Assembly (NCBI GenBank): GCA_963695335.1
Contig: OY968764.1
Span: 512,001-576,000, forward strand
DNA length: 64,000 nt
Direction of reading: 5' to 3'
Source: an uncultured bacterium
GTDB lineage: Bacteria; Babelota; Babeliae; Babelales; Vermiphilaceae
Every line of letters starts with the position of its first letter. Position 1 is the stretch's first letter. The position numbers and the translations under genes are program-made. The notes under the pieces are model-generated. The model saw only the letters and a list, made by a program, of their open reading frames with translations, did no database searches and was not told the DNA's origin. Positions 31,580-41,350 of this stretch are shown one piece after another.

Positions 31580-32443
31580 TTAGTGATTATTATGTATGAT
31601 CCATTCATTAATAACGGCAATTGTATTTTGAGCTATGTCTTTTTCCGATTGTGTTCCATCAACAGTAATAAGCTTAACATGTTTTGCGGGAATTGTTCCA
31701 AATTCAGCTGGATCAAGCTTAGTGAGGTTGAATTTTTTTGCAGATTGAGTCAAAAGAGTTTTTCTTGGGCTTTCGAGACTGCTAAAATAGGCTTGTTGAG
31801 CTTGTGGACAAAAATCTTTTTTAAAGTTTTCACTGTCCTGGTATTGTTCATATATCTCTTCAAAGCCAGCAGCAACTTTTTCTAAGAATGATTTTTTTTC
31901 AAAAGCAGACACAGCTTCGTTGCGTTGCTGAATACGTTTTAGTGCTGTTTTAATAGGAATTTTTACAAAAACAGTCAGATCTGGTTGTCTGTTGTTCATA
32001 GCCCATGCATTGATCAATTTAATCTTATCTTTATCAAGACCTCTTCCATATCCTTGATAAGCCAACGATGAATCAGCAAGACGATCGGAGATAATAAGAT
32101 AATTTTGTTTAAGAAGTGGTTCTATTATTTTGGAAAAATGTTCTGCACGATCAGCAGCAAAAAGAAGAAATTCAGTTTTTGAATCAAGGGGTGTTGCTTG
32201 AGTTTGTACTATTTCACGTATTTTTTTTCCAACTTCCGTGTCGCCAGGTTCTTTTGTTAATTTTACATGACTGTATTTTTGTTGTAATGCGTTATAAAGG
32301 TGATTAGCAAGCGTTGATTTTCCTGAGCCATCGATCCCTTCTATGGCGATAAGAATTCCACGGGTGAGTTGCATTTTTTCAGGTTCCATTGCATGAGAAA
32401 GTATAGATAGCGCCAGAGTTGCTGAGATTATCATATATTTCAT
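31580..32443 (-). CDS. tmk: Thymidylate kinase with signal-peptide-like N-terminus and ~50-aa insert
   Basis: IEGIDGSGKST, TKEPG, LLFAADRAEH, ISDR, SSLAYQGYGRG. Confidence 0.93.
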   Translation of the reverse strand: MKYMIISATLALSILSHAMEPEKMQLTRGILIAIEGIDGSGKSTLANHLYNALQQKYSHVKLTKEPGDTEVGKKIREIVQTQATPLDSKTEFLLFAADRAEHFSKIIEPLLKQNYLIISDRLADSSLAYQGYGRGLDKDKIKLINAWAMNNRQPDLTVFVKIPIKTALKRIQQRNEAVSAFEKKSFLEKVAAGFEEIYEQYQDSENFKKDFCPQAQQAYFSSLESPRKTLLTQSAKKFNLTKLDPAEFGTIPAKHVKLITVDGTQSEKDIAQNTIAVINEWIIHNNH

Positions 32444-32463
32444 AATTGATCCTAGAAAGTACT

Positions 32464-32958
32464 TTATTTTAATGTATTTCTTCTTACAACTTTTAATGTT
32501 CTTGAAAGTCTTTTGGGCTGTTCAGCGTTATGGGATGAAATTCTTAATGTGTTATCATCATAGGTAATGTCAACTATGTCGCCAAATTTTGTTTCTGAAA
32601 TACCTCCAATGACAAGTTTTTTGTGTTGACAGTTTTTCTCTTCTGGGCGTGTTGTATAGATATCAACAATAGCTCCTCTTTTGGAATGCTCTTCTTTAAG
32701 ACAGAATGGTTCAGTATATGGGGAGAAAGTGAATTCTACTTTTTTGTGTAAAGGCATGTGAGAACGTATGCCGTCTTTATCTAAGTCTCCTATTGCCATC
32801 CACAATGCGAAGTTGCTGTTATTGATTAATGTGACAGAAGGTTTTCCTTCAGCCGCATCTTTTATACGACCGAGCATTTCTTTGTAATATGAATCCATTC
32901 CAATGATTGAGTGTGTTGATGTTGCGATGAGACTTGTAAGGAACATAAGATATTTCAT
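32464..32958 (-). CDS. Secreted hypothetical protein, paralog of 30871-31566
   Basis: Signal peptide; shared KFGD motif. Confidence 0.6.
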   Translation of the reverse strand: MKYLMFLTSLIATSTHSIIGMDSYYKEMLGRIKDAAEGKPSVTLINNSNFALWMAIGDLDKDGIRSHMPLHKKVEFTFSPYTEPFCLKEEHSKRGAIVDIYTTRPEEKNCQHKKLVIGGISETKFGDIVDITYDDNTLRISSHNAEQPKRLSRTLKVVRRNTLK

Positions 32959-33043
32959 AGAAAATCCCTGTATAAAAATTGTGTATGTAAAAATAGTAAT
33001 AAATACCTAATTACACACGTATTGTACAGGGATATTTTATATT

Positions 33044-33430
33044 TTACAAATTTCGTAACATGTTTCGTGTGATAATAATTTCAGTAATTTCTTGAGTAAT
33101 ATCTTCACCCAATTCATTGAGATATTCTTGTAGTGCTGTTTCACTGTTGAGATCAATGTTTCTGTGCGCAAATTTTTCCACAATAATAGTCATAAGGCCG
33201 TGAATCATATTTGCTATTGATAGCCCAACATTATGATGATTATGAGGATCTTGCACAATGGTGCAGACACCACCCATAACTTGCGCAACATTAGAGACAA
33301 TTGCTTGTTTTTGTTCTTGTGATAAAGCTGGGCGTGGTGTTTTTGGTGGCTTTTCTTTTTTTGGTCTTTTGGCAATGATTGGTGTTGCGATGAGAGTGAG
33401 AATGAGAAAGGTTTTGAGGGCTCGCTTCAT
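33044..33430 (-). CDS. Secreted hypothetical protein
   Basis: AGGAG RBS, signal peptide. Confidence 0.65.
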   Translation of the reverse strand: MKRALKTFLILTLIATPIIAKRPKKEKPPKTPRPALSQEQKQAIVSNVAQVMGGVCTIVQDPHNHHNVGLSIANMIHGLMTIIVEKFAHRNIDLNSETALQEYLNELGEDITQEITEIIITRNMLRNL

Positions 33431-33583
33431 AAACTTCTCCTGTGTTTTTGCTCATCATAAAAATGAGTGCAGGAGAAGTTCAATAATTTAGATATATAAT
33501 GAATTACTGCCACAGCTTGTGGCAGTAATTTGTAAGTTAAGAAAAAGCTTGTATTCTAAAGATATTTTTTGAATAAACTTAAA

Positions 33584-33982
33584 CTATTTTTCAACCGAAC
33601 AGATTAAGATTTCGCCGATAACTTTTTTAGATTCACTTTCTTCAATAATAATTGCTTGCCGTTCTATGGGATGTCGTTTGATAGTGAAAAATGTTGATGG
33701 TTTTTCTATTGGGAGTTGTACTATGCTAGAAGGCCAACCGTTAGGAAATACGAGAGTTTGATTTGATTTTTCGTTTTCGTGTATCAAGAAAGTTTTTGTT
33801 TTTTCCTTTTTTACATAAGGATAAGGTGATTTGTCTGTAAGCAGATTTGGATTAGGTACGTTAAGGAAAGCTTTACAGAAAAGCTCATTTTTTATAGTTA
33901 CTTTGTAAAATGGTTCGCTAGCACTGAGTATGCATGATGATAAAACTGTTGCGATTAAAAATTGTGTTTTTGTGGAGATCAT
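33584..33982 (-). CDS. Secreted hypothetical protein
   Basis: Start MISTKT with AGGA RBS; the longer ORF-track start runs through a REP. Confidence 0.6.
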   Translation of the reverse strand: MISTKTQFLIATVLSSCILSASEPFYKVTIKNELFCKAFLNVPNPNLLTDKSPYPYVKKEKTKTFLIHENEKSNQTLVFPNGWPSSIVQLPIEKPSTFFTIKRHPIERQAIIIEESESKKVIGEILICSVEK

Positions 33983-34028
33983 ATTTTTCCTAAAGATGAG
34001 GTTAATACTATCACCTAGTTTTATTTTC

Positions 34029-34199
34029 CCGCGCTCGTCCTGAGCTTGTCGAAGGATATCCTTGAGCGCATTTTTATAGTGATAATAAAATATAATAAAC
34101 TTTGTATTGCTAAGCAATGATTAAAAGGAAAACATTTTTGACTAAAAAAGAATAAGCGCGCTCAAAAGATACCCTTCGACAGGCTCAGGGCGAGCGCGG
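34029..34199. repeat. REP-like inverted dimer (type A, short loops)
   Basis: ccgcgctcgtcctgagcttgtcgaaggata ... acccttcgacaggctcagggcgagcgcgg. Confidence 0.9.
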
Positions 34200-34259
34200 A
34201 AAGATCGAAAATAATTTGTGCCACCGTTTGTGGCAGTTTTATAAACTTAGAAAAAATGG

Positions 34260-35546
34260 TTATTTTTTATAGACATGAACAAATTGTACATGCAGAGGCG
34301 TTGCTTTTTGGACTTGGAATAAAAATCCACGATACATAACTTCTTCATCTTTTTGTGGAATATGCTGCAACAATTCAGTTAAGAATCCCGCAAGAGAAAC
34401 GGCACCTTCAGAAACAAAAGCAATTCCTAAGAAATTACTTAAATTTTCGAGTGTAATTGTTGCATCCACAAGCCATTCACCTTCTCCCATTGGCATAATT
34501 TTACCGATGGTTGATTCATGCTCATCGCTGATTTCTCCAACAATCTCTTCAATAAGGTCTTCAAGAGTTACAAGACCGGTGAGTTGATTTTCTTCATTCA
34601 TTACCATAGCAATATGCAGTTGTTTTTCTCTGAATTTGCCTAACAGTTCAATAACAGGCATTGTTTCTGGAACAAACATAATAGGACGAATAATTTCACG
34701 CAGTTTTTTCTGTTCACCTTTGGAAAGCATAAAGAAAAGATCTTTTTGGTGAACCATGCCAATGATGTTACTGAAATCATTTTCATATACAGGAATTCGT
34801 GTATATGCATGTTTGCTAAAGAATTCGCAGACCGTTGTTATAGGTGTATTAACTTCCAGTGAGATAATTTTTTCACTTGGTCGCATCACTTCTTTAACAG
34901 GAATGTTGCCAAGTTGGAAAACGTTTTGGAGCATTTCCCGTTTTTCTAGTTCAAGCATCCCTTTTTCGTGGATGTAGTTAATCAAAAACTGAATTTCTCG
35001 TTCAGAAGCAATCCATTGAGAAGAGTTTTCAATTGCCTCTTTTCCACCCATTCTATACATAACGTAGTCAGAAAATTTTACGATGCTGATAACAAATGGA
35101 TAGAGCGTAAAATAAATGCAATTGATAAGCCAAAGTACAGATTTAAATGCTTGATCACTGCGGATACGAGCAAAGCTTTTTGGTAAAATTTCCCCAAAAA
35201 TAACAATACCCAAAGAAGCAAAAGTAATGCCGACGGTAAAACCAAAACCACCTGAAAAACCAAGATGCGTAAAGATAGTACTCATGATAAATGTTGCAAG
35301 GGATGCTGCAGTAACATCAATAAAGCTGTTTGCTACAAGAATAGTAATAAGAACACGTTGCGGTGTTCTTTCTAAGGTTTGCAATAATGGAAGATATTGC
35401 GTTGTTGTTTGAGAAAGCTCTTTAAGCCTAAAAAGACGCAAAGCTGTTATGCTTGTTTCCAAGAAGGAAAGCGTTGCACGGAACATGAGTGCAATGCACA
35501 GACAAATAAAAGGTGTAACAAGGTCACTAAGCTGGTAAGGTTCCAT
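34260..35546 (-). CDS. CNNM/hemolysin-family (DUF21-CBS-CorC) membrane protein
   Basis: SFLETS, FGEILPK, YTRIPVY, VTLEDLIEEIVGEI. Confidence 0.92.
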   Translation of the reverse strand: MEPYQLSDLVTPFICLCIALMFRATLSFLETSITALRLFRLKELSQTTTQYLPLLQTLERTPQRVLITILVANSFIDVTAASLATFIMSTIFTHLGFSGGFGFTVGITFASLGIVIFGEILPKSFARIRSDQAFKSVLWLINCIYFTLYPFVISIVKFSDYVMYRMGGKEAIENSSQWIASEREIQFLINYIHEKGMLELEKREMLQNVFQLGNIPVKEVMRPSEKIISLEVNTPITTVCEFFSKHAYTRIPVYENDFSNIIGMVHQKDLFFMLSKGEQKKLREIIRPIMFVPETMPVIELLGKFREKQLHIAMVMNEENQLTGLVTLEDLIEEIVGEISDEHESTIGKIMPMGEGEWLVDATITLENLSNFLGIAFVSEGAVSLAGFLTELLQHIPQKDEEVMYRGFLFQVQKATPLHVQFVHVYKK

Positions 35547-35569
35547 AATATAACAACTCTTTCTTTATA

Positions 35570-37511
35570 TTAATCTTCGTCTATCTCTTCACTATCATCA
35601 AACGATACATCATCATCTTGAGCATCGTCTTCATCGCCATCATTAAAGTTTTCTTTATCATCCAATTCTTTCTCGAAAAACGCAAGGAGTCTCTTGCTTC
35701 GGGAAGGATGACGCAGTTTTCGTAAGGCTTTTACTTCAATTTGTCTGATACGTTCACGCGTTACTGAGAAATCTTTACCAACTTCTTCGAGTGTATGTTC
35801 TGATGCAACATCAATACCAAAACGCATTTTGAGGACTTTTTCTTCACGTGGAGTTAATGTTTTAAGAACTTCGCGGACACGGTCTTTAAGATCTGAGTTT
35901 GCAACAGTGTCAGCTGGTGAAGACTCTTTTTCATTTTCGATAAAGTCTTTAATGTATGCATCTTCACTATCGCCAACAGGTGTTTCAAGCGAGATTGGTT
36001 CTTTGGAAATCTTGATGATATTTTTAATCTTTTTCTCATCAAGATTAAGTTCTTTTGCTAATTCAGCGTATGAAGGTTCGCGACCATTTTCTTGAATAAA
36101 TGTTCGTTTGATTTTATTAATTTTATTGAGCGTTTCTACCATGTGCACAGGAACACGGATGGTACGTGATTGGTCAGCAATTGCACGAGTAATCGCTTGA
36201 CGGATCCACCAGGTAGCATAGGTGGAAAATTTATAACCACGTTCAAATTCAAACTTTTCAACCGCTTTCATCAATCCAATATTACCTTCTTGAATAAGAT
36301 CTAAGAAAGTGTAAACCACGATTGACGTATTTTTTAGCAATATTAACCACAAGACGTAAGTTTGCTTTGGCAAGATTGTCTTTTGCTATTTTATCTTGTT
36401 TTTGACCAAGAATAAGCTGGTTGTAATAATTTAAAATAAGATGCTTTGGTAGACCAATTTCCACTTCAAGCTTTTTAAGTGTTTTTGTTGCCGCACGCAT
36501 TGTTGATTCAAGCTCTTCCTTTTCAACTTTTTGTTCTGGTGTTAATGAAGGAAGATCTGTGTATCCTTTTAATTGAGCGGTACTTTCTTGCGCGGTAATC
36601 TCTTTTTCATGGAACTTAGCAATATATTTTTCGATTCTTTTACAAAACTTTTTGATCAGCTTGTTAGAAAATCGTATGGTGCGGATTGTTTCACCAATTT
36701 TTTCTTTATTGCTTTTCACCGCATCAAGCATCTCTTTTTTCTTTTTAGGATCAGCAAGTTGACTGCGGTAGGAGTGATAAATTTTTTCTTCGTTATCAAT
36801 TAAGTCGCTGACTTCATGAATCGTTTTAAGTAGCGCTTTTTTTTCTTCTTCAACTTTTGGAATGTTTTCTTCATCAAATTCAGAAAATTGAATAAAGTCT
36901 TTTAAGTTAAGAATATTTTTTTCAAGTTTTTCCCCCATCTGAACAAGTTCTTTGTGAAGGAATGGGAAATGAGAAATAGCTTCAATGCTGTTGTTTTTAC
37001 TTTGAGAGATCTGATCAGCAATTGTAGTTTCTGTTTTTTTATTTAATAGAGGTATTTTCCCAATGTCACGCAAGTAAGATTTAACGCTATCAGCAACAGA
37101 AGATTCAGTATCACGCTTAATGGTGCCTTCTTCTTCCTCTTCTTCTTCGTCTTCTTCCTCTTCTTCTTCAAATTCTCCAGATTCGATGCCGAAGGTGTCG
37201 ATTTTTGATTTAAGTTTAAGGCGAGAAGGTTCAATCTCTTCGAATTCATCTTTCTTAAGATCTTCAGTTTCCATCTCTTCTTGTGTGATAAGTTCAACGT
37301 TTTCTTTCTCAAGAATACGCAAAATATCAGTAACTTCCGCATCTGTTACGTTGTTTTTATCACTAAATGCAATCAGTTCTTCATAACTCAATAAACCACT
37401 GAGTTTGCATTTCTCAATAAATTCTTCAATGATTTCTTTGTGTAAATCAATGTTAGTCGTTGTTTTTTTGACTGTTTTTTTAGGAGCAGCAGCAGGTTTA
37501 GTTTTGGTCAT
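35570..37511 (-). CDS. rpoD: Primary sigma factor RpoD, split by a +1 frameshift near 36300
   Basis: Region 1.2 [11 protein letters not shown] and [13 protein letters not shown] in one frame; [39 protein letters not shown] in the next; follows dnaG. Confidence 0.93.
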
Positions 37512-37541
37512 TGTTATTCCCCACCTATTTACTTATATGTG

Positions 37542-39332
37542 TTAGAGATTATCTGAATGCGGTGCTGAAATGAGTTTATTTTGTAACTCCATTAAATCAC
37601 GCAATATCAGTGATATTTTATCTGCATTGCCTTCTTGTTTTGCTCGTGCTAGCTGTAGTTTGATGTCTCGTACGATTATTTTCCACTGTTGCTTTTGTAA
37701 TTGCTCAAGAAGCTTATCAAATGCAGTGCCATCTACGATTTCATTATTTTCAAGGAGTAATTTGCTAATATACTGTTTTTCGTATTCATTCAGTGTATCA
37801 AAAAAAAGACTAAAGGTAACCTTTTCAGTTTTTTCTTGGTTTTCCTTTAGCTTAATCAGAATATCTTTGAGGGGTGATGGGAGGTATTTTATCAGACGAA
37901 CCCTTATTTCCTCCTGCAACAGTTCCATATTGTTCATTATAGCACAAAAGATACGTTTTTCTAGCAAGGAGATAGTCTCTTCTCGCTCGTCCTGCGTGTC
38001 CGAAGAAGCCTTGCCTGCGCTTTGAAGCCTTGGCGAAAGAGGGGCGGAGTCGGAATCAGTTCTTCGCTCCAGCTCCTCCTTGAGCGATTCAAAGGGGATA
38101 TCAAAGGTCTTGGCAGCTTTTTGGAGTAAAATATCTTTTTTGAGTGGATCAGAGATAGCAGCAATCACTTCCAGAAATGATCGTGTTATTTGGATTTTTT
38201 GATTGAGTGGTTTACTGATAAAGTTTTGCCCGAGTGAATCAATAAAGAAGAAAAAGATATCTTGTGCGTTATTGATCAGATTTTGCATGTCCCCATTTTT
38301 GGCAAAGAATGATGCAGGATCATCTCCGTTGGGAAGTTGTAGAACTTTCAGTTCCAGGTTAACCTGCCAGCACAGTTCAGTAAGTCGTAAAACTGCTTGT
38401 TTGCCTGCTGCATCACCATCATAAACTATGTATATATGCTCTGCGTACCGCGCAAGTTGTTTAAGGTGTTCAATGGTACAGGCGGTGCCTAAAGTTGCAA
38501 CAGTATTCGGGATGCCTTGTTGAGTCATTGCCATGCAATCGGTATAACCTTCTACAAGAAAGATTTTTCCTGTTTCTTGAATGCTTTTTTTTGCTTTATC
38601 AAGATTAAAAAGTAACGAGCCTTTGATAAAATATTCATTTTCACGAGAGTTGTAATATTTTGGACGAGTATCATGATCTTTAAAAATACGTCCACCAAAT
38701 CCACAATGCCGGCCGAGTAAATCTTTAATGGGGAAAATAAGGCGTTCTTCAAAAGGGGAGTAGAGTGTTGTGCGGCCTTCAGCCAAAATGTGCGCATCAA
38801 TCAGATCGCGGGGTAATATTGATTGCTGTTTCATTGCATAGAGCAAATCGCTGATGCTTGCATTGCCACTTGGGAAATAACCCAGGGTAAAATAATTAAA
38901 ACTGTCTTGCCCAAAGCCGCGCTTGTTGAAATACGCTTGCGCTGATGGATTTTTGAGTAGTTGTTCATGGCACCAGAGCGCGACTGCTTTGCAGATGGCA
39001 AAATAATGATTTTTTTCCTCAGTATGCTTTTCTGAAAGCTCAAAAGAGATGTTTTGTGGCAGTTCAATACTATATTTTTCTGCCAACAGTTTTGCGGCAT
39101 CTTTTTGTGAGCAGTTTTCAATCTTTGCGATAAATGATATCGCATCGCCAGAAATGTGGCATCCAAAGCAGTAAAAGATATCTTTGTCTGGGCTTACGGT
39201 GAATGATGCAGTTTTTTCATGATGAAAAGGGCAGGTGCCTTTGTGGTATCCACCAGCTCGTCTGAGGGTCACGTATTCACTGACAACATCGAGGATTGCG
39301 ACACGGGCTTTGATGAAGGTAAATAAATTCAT
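37542..39332 (-). CDS. dnaG: DNA primase
   Basis: CPFHHEKT, FYCFGC, PKYYNS, VEGYTD, YDGDAAG, DPAS. Confidence 0.97.
   Translation of the reverse strand: MNLFTFIKARVAILDVVSEYVTLRRAGGYHKGTCPFHHEKTASFTVSPDKDIFYCFGCHISGDAISFIAKIENCSQKDAAKLLAEKYSIELPQNISFELSEKHTEEKNHYFAICKAVALWCHEQLLKNPSAQAYFNKRGFGQDSFNYFTLGYFPSGNASISDLLYAMKQQSILPRDLIDAHILAEGRTTLYSPFEERLIFPIKDLLGRHCGFGGRIFKDHDTRPKYYNSRENEYFIKGSLLFNLDKAKKSIQETGKIFLVEGYTDCMAMTQQGIPNTVATLGTACTIEHLKQLARYAEHIYIVYDGDAAGKQAVLRLTELCWQVNLELKVLQLPNGDDPASFFAKNGDMQNLINNAQDIFFFFIDSLGQNFISKPLNQKIQITRSFLEVIAAISDPLKKDILLQKAAKTFDIPFESLKEELERRTDSDSAPLSPRLQSAGKASSDTQDEREETISLLEKRIFCAIMNNMELLQEEIRVRLIKYLPSPLKDILIKLKENQEKTEKVTFSLFFDTLNEYEKQYISKLLLENNEIVDGTAFDKLLEQLQKQQWKIIVRDIKLQLARAKQEGNADKISLILRDLMELQNKLISAPHSDNL
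37984..38045. repeat. Degenerate type A end plus type C repeat inside dnaG
   Basis: cgctcgtcctg (37984-37994) and gaagccttggcgaaagaggg in a locally GC-rich patch. Confidence 0.65.
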
Positions 39333-39409
39333 ATTTTTTGCTTAATCTATAATGATTTGTGTTAATTATTAGTGTAGCGAGTCGTTAATGATAAGCAATA
39401 AACATTTTT

Positions 39410-40099
39410 TTATCTTTTCAACATTTCAAGAAATATCTGCGTAATTATTGTTCTAATATCATCAGGCAAAACAGTGTTATCAACAGGATAATTTTTGAGC
39501 AGCCAATGCAGCAAAGTAGTTCTCTCTTTTGCATCATCTTGATACACAACGTTAAAAGGAACTGGTACGTGAAAACATTTATTATACAAAGTAATCAACG
39601 CATATTTGCCATAGCAATCAAAAGAGAGAGATGATGGATTGTTTTTTATCGTAAAATCAATCGAATCATCGTCTATTTTTGTAATGATGTTTTCTTTTTT
39701 TATTGTGGTAAAAGTATCGTTTTTTTTGGTTTCTAGATATTTGATGAATATTTGTTTATCAGGCTTATCTTCCCTACAGCTATTTTCTAATATTATTGCG
39801 ATATATGCACTATTTGGATGGAATGCCATATTGATGATTCTATTTTGTTCTGAGAAATGAATGGCACTAAGACATTCCCAGACATCCTCACTTATTTTTT
39901 TAACTTTTTTGTTCGGACTCACATCAACAATACTACAACCACTTTCACCGTTTATAACAGCATGATTATTTGTTAAAAAGAATGCTTGGCGTGGATTTTT
40001 TATAGCAGTAATTTCTTGCAGATTTGGTTTTTCTTTTTCCATCGCCAAGCATGGGAGTGCAATGGAAAGTGTGATTAATAGGTGTAGATTGTGTTTCAT
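39410..40099 (-). CDS. Secreted WD40-like protein, internally deleted paralog of 40107-41342
   Basis: Near-identical N-terminus (EITAIKNPRQAFFL) and C-terminus (FLEMLKR). Confidence 0.7.
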   Translation of the reverse strand: MKHNLHLLITLSIALPCLAMEKEKPNLQEITAIKNPRQAFFLTNNHAVINGESGCSIVDVSPNKKVKKISEDVWECLSAIHFSEQNRIINMAFHPNSAYIAIILENSCREDKPDKQIFIKYLETKKNDTFTTIKKENIITKIDDDSIDFTIKNNPSSLSFDCYGKYALITLYNKCFHVPVPFNVVYQDDAKERTTLLHWLLKNYPVDNTVLPDDIRTIITQIFLEMLKR

Positions 40100-40106
40100 A
40101 TGTTCG

Positions 40107-41342
40107 TTATCTTTTTAACATTTCAAGAAACGTCTGCGTAATTTTCCGTGTAACATCATTTGGCAAAATCTGATGATTTTTGAGTAGCCAATAGAGAAAA
40201 ATTCTTTCTTGTTCATCAGTCCTGCATCTAATACCAACAGGAACGGGTATAAGTAAACATCTGTTTTCTGAGATGATCATGAGATTTTTGAGATCAGGTG
40301 AGAAAGATATGGAATAATTCGCTGGTTTATCTTCTTTTTTATCTTCTGTTGTTGTAAACCATGAAAGCATATTTGTAAGCGAGAATTGAGTGTTATTAGA
40401 ATTATTGGTATTAAGAGTATTATCTGTTTCGGGTAATAAAGTACTGATTATTATGTCTTCGTTTTTAACATCCCAATAGTATACATTTTTTACACCTTCT
40501 TTATCAGATAAGGCTGCTATGATTGAATCTTTTGGATGAAATGTAATTGCTTGAGTAGTTATTTTATTATCTTTGCTTGCCAAGTATTCTCGCTTGTTGG
40601 TCTTCATATCTATGATAAAGAAAACTTCTGGATTATAACATGCAAGTAGAGATCCATCAGAGTTGAATTCGCCGTTTGTATTTTTTCCATTAAAAGAGAA
40701 ATAATTTTGATCGGGGTATCGTTCAAGAAGTACATCGTTTGTGTCTATATATGTTATCTTTCCACTATTGCTATGTATCAGATATACACGTTCTTTTTGT
40801 GTTGGATGACATATAATATTTTTTACAATTGCGCTTTCATTAATCTTTTCTTCATAAGCAATAATGCTATCTATTATGGTTTCATCTATAGGTGGTTCAT
40901 AACAATTTTTATTATGAATAAAGCGTTGTATAAGATATTTATCATCTTTTTTATATGATAAAAAAATAAGGTCCGAGTGATTAAAAACAGCAGAGGTTAT
41001 GTTTGGCATACGTGATTCAAAAGAATCACATCTGAGGGCTCCAGTATATCCATCATATATATAAAAACTGTTGCTGTGAGCAAGTGCAAAGACAGATTTA
41101 TCAGGATGTATTGCAAGATACGCATTGCTGGAATTGCTTATTCTTTTAACTTCTTGACCCGTACCCACATCAACAATACTACAACCATTTTCTCCATTAA
41201 TAACAGCGCGATTGTTTGCTAAAAAAAATGCTTGGCGTGGATTTTTTATTGCAGTAATTTCGTGCAGGTTTGATTTTTCTTGTTCCATTGCCAAGCATGG
41301 TAGTGCAATAATGAGTGTAGAGAGGGTCACATGATGTTTCAC
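40107..41342 (-). CDS. Secreted WD40-like beta-propeller protein
   Basis: Signal peptide; AIHPD, FNSDG, TFHPK, SFSPD repeats. Confidence 0.75.
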   Translation of the reverse strand: MKHHVTLSTLIIALPCLAMEQEKSNLHEITAIKNPRQAFFLANNRAVINGENGCSIVDVGTGQEVKRISNSSNAYLAIHPDKSVFALAHSNSFYIYDGYTGALRCDSFESRMPNITSAVFNHSDLIFLSYKKDDKYLIQRFIHNKNCYEPPIDETIIDSIIAYEEKINESAIVKNIICHPTQKERVYLIHSNSGKITYIDTNDVLLERYPDQNYFSFNGKNTNGEFNSDGSLLACYNPEVFFIIDMKTNKREYLASKDNKITTQAITFHPKDSIIAALSDKEGVKNVYYWDVKNEDIIISTLLPETDNTLNTNNSNNTQFSLTNMLSWFTTTEDKKEDKPANYSISFSPDLKNLMIISENRCLLIPVPVGIRCRTDEQERIFLYWLLKNHQILPNDVTRKITQTFLEMLKR

Positions 41343-41350
41343 AGAAAGTC

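Noticed and set aside
31690..31850. Tmk internal insert as repeat-derived or an intein
   Set aside because: No match to repeat types A-C and no intein terminal residues
37120..37386. Poly-Ser ORF and tct repeats
   Set aside because: Antisense of the acidic tract of RpoD
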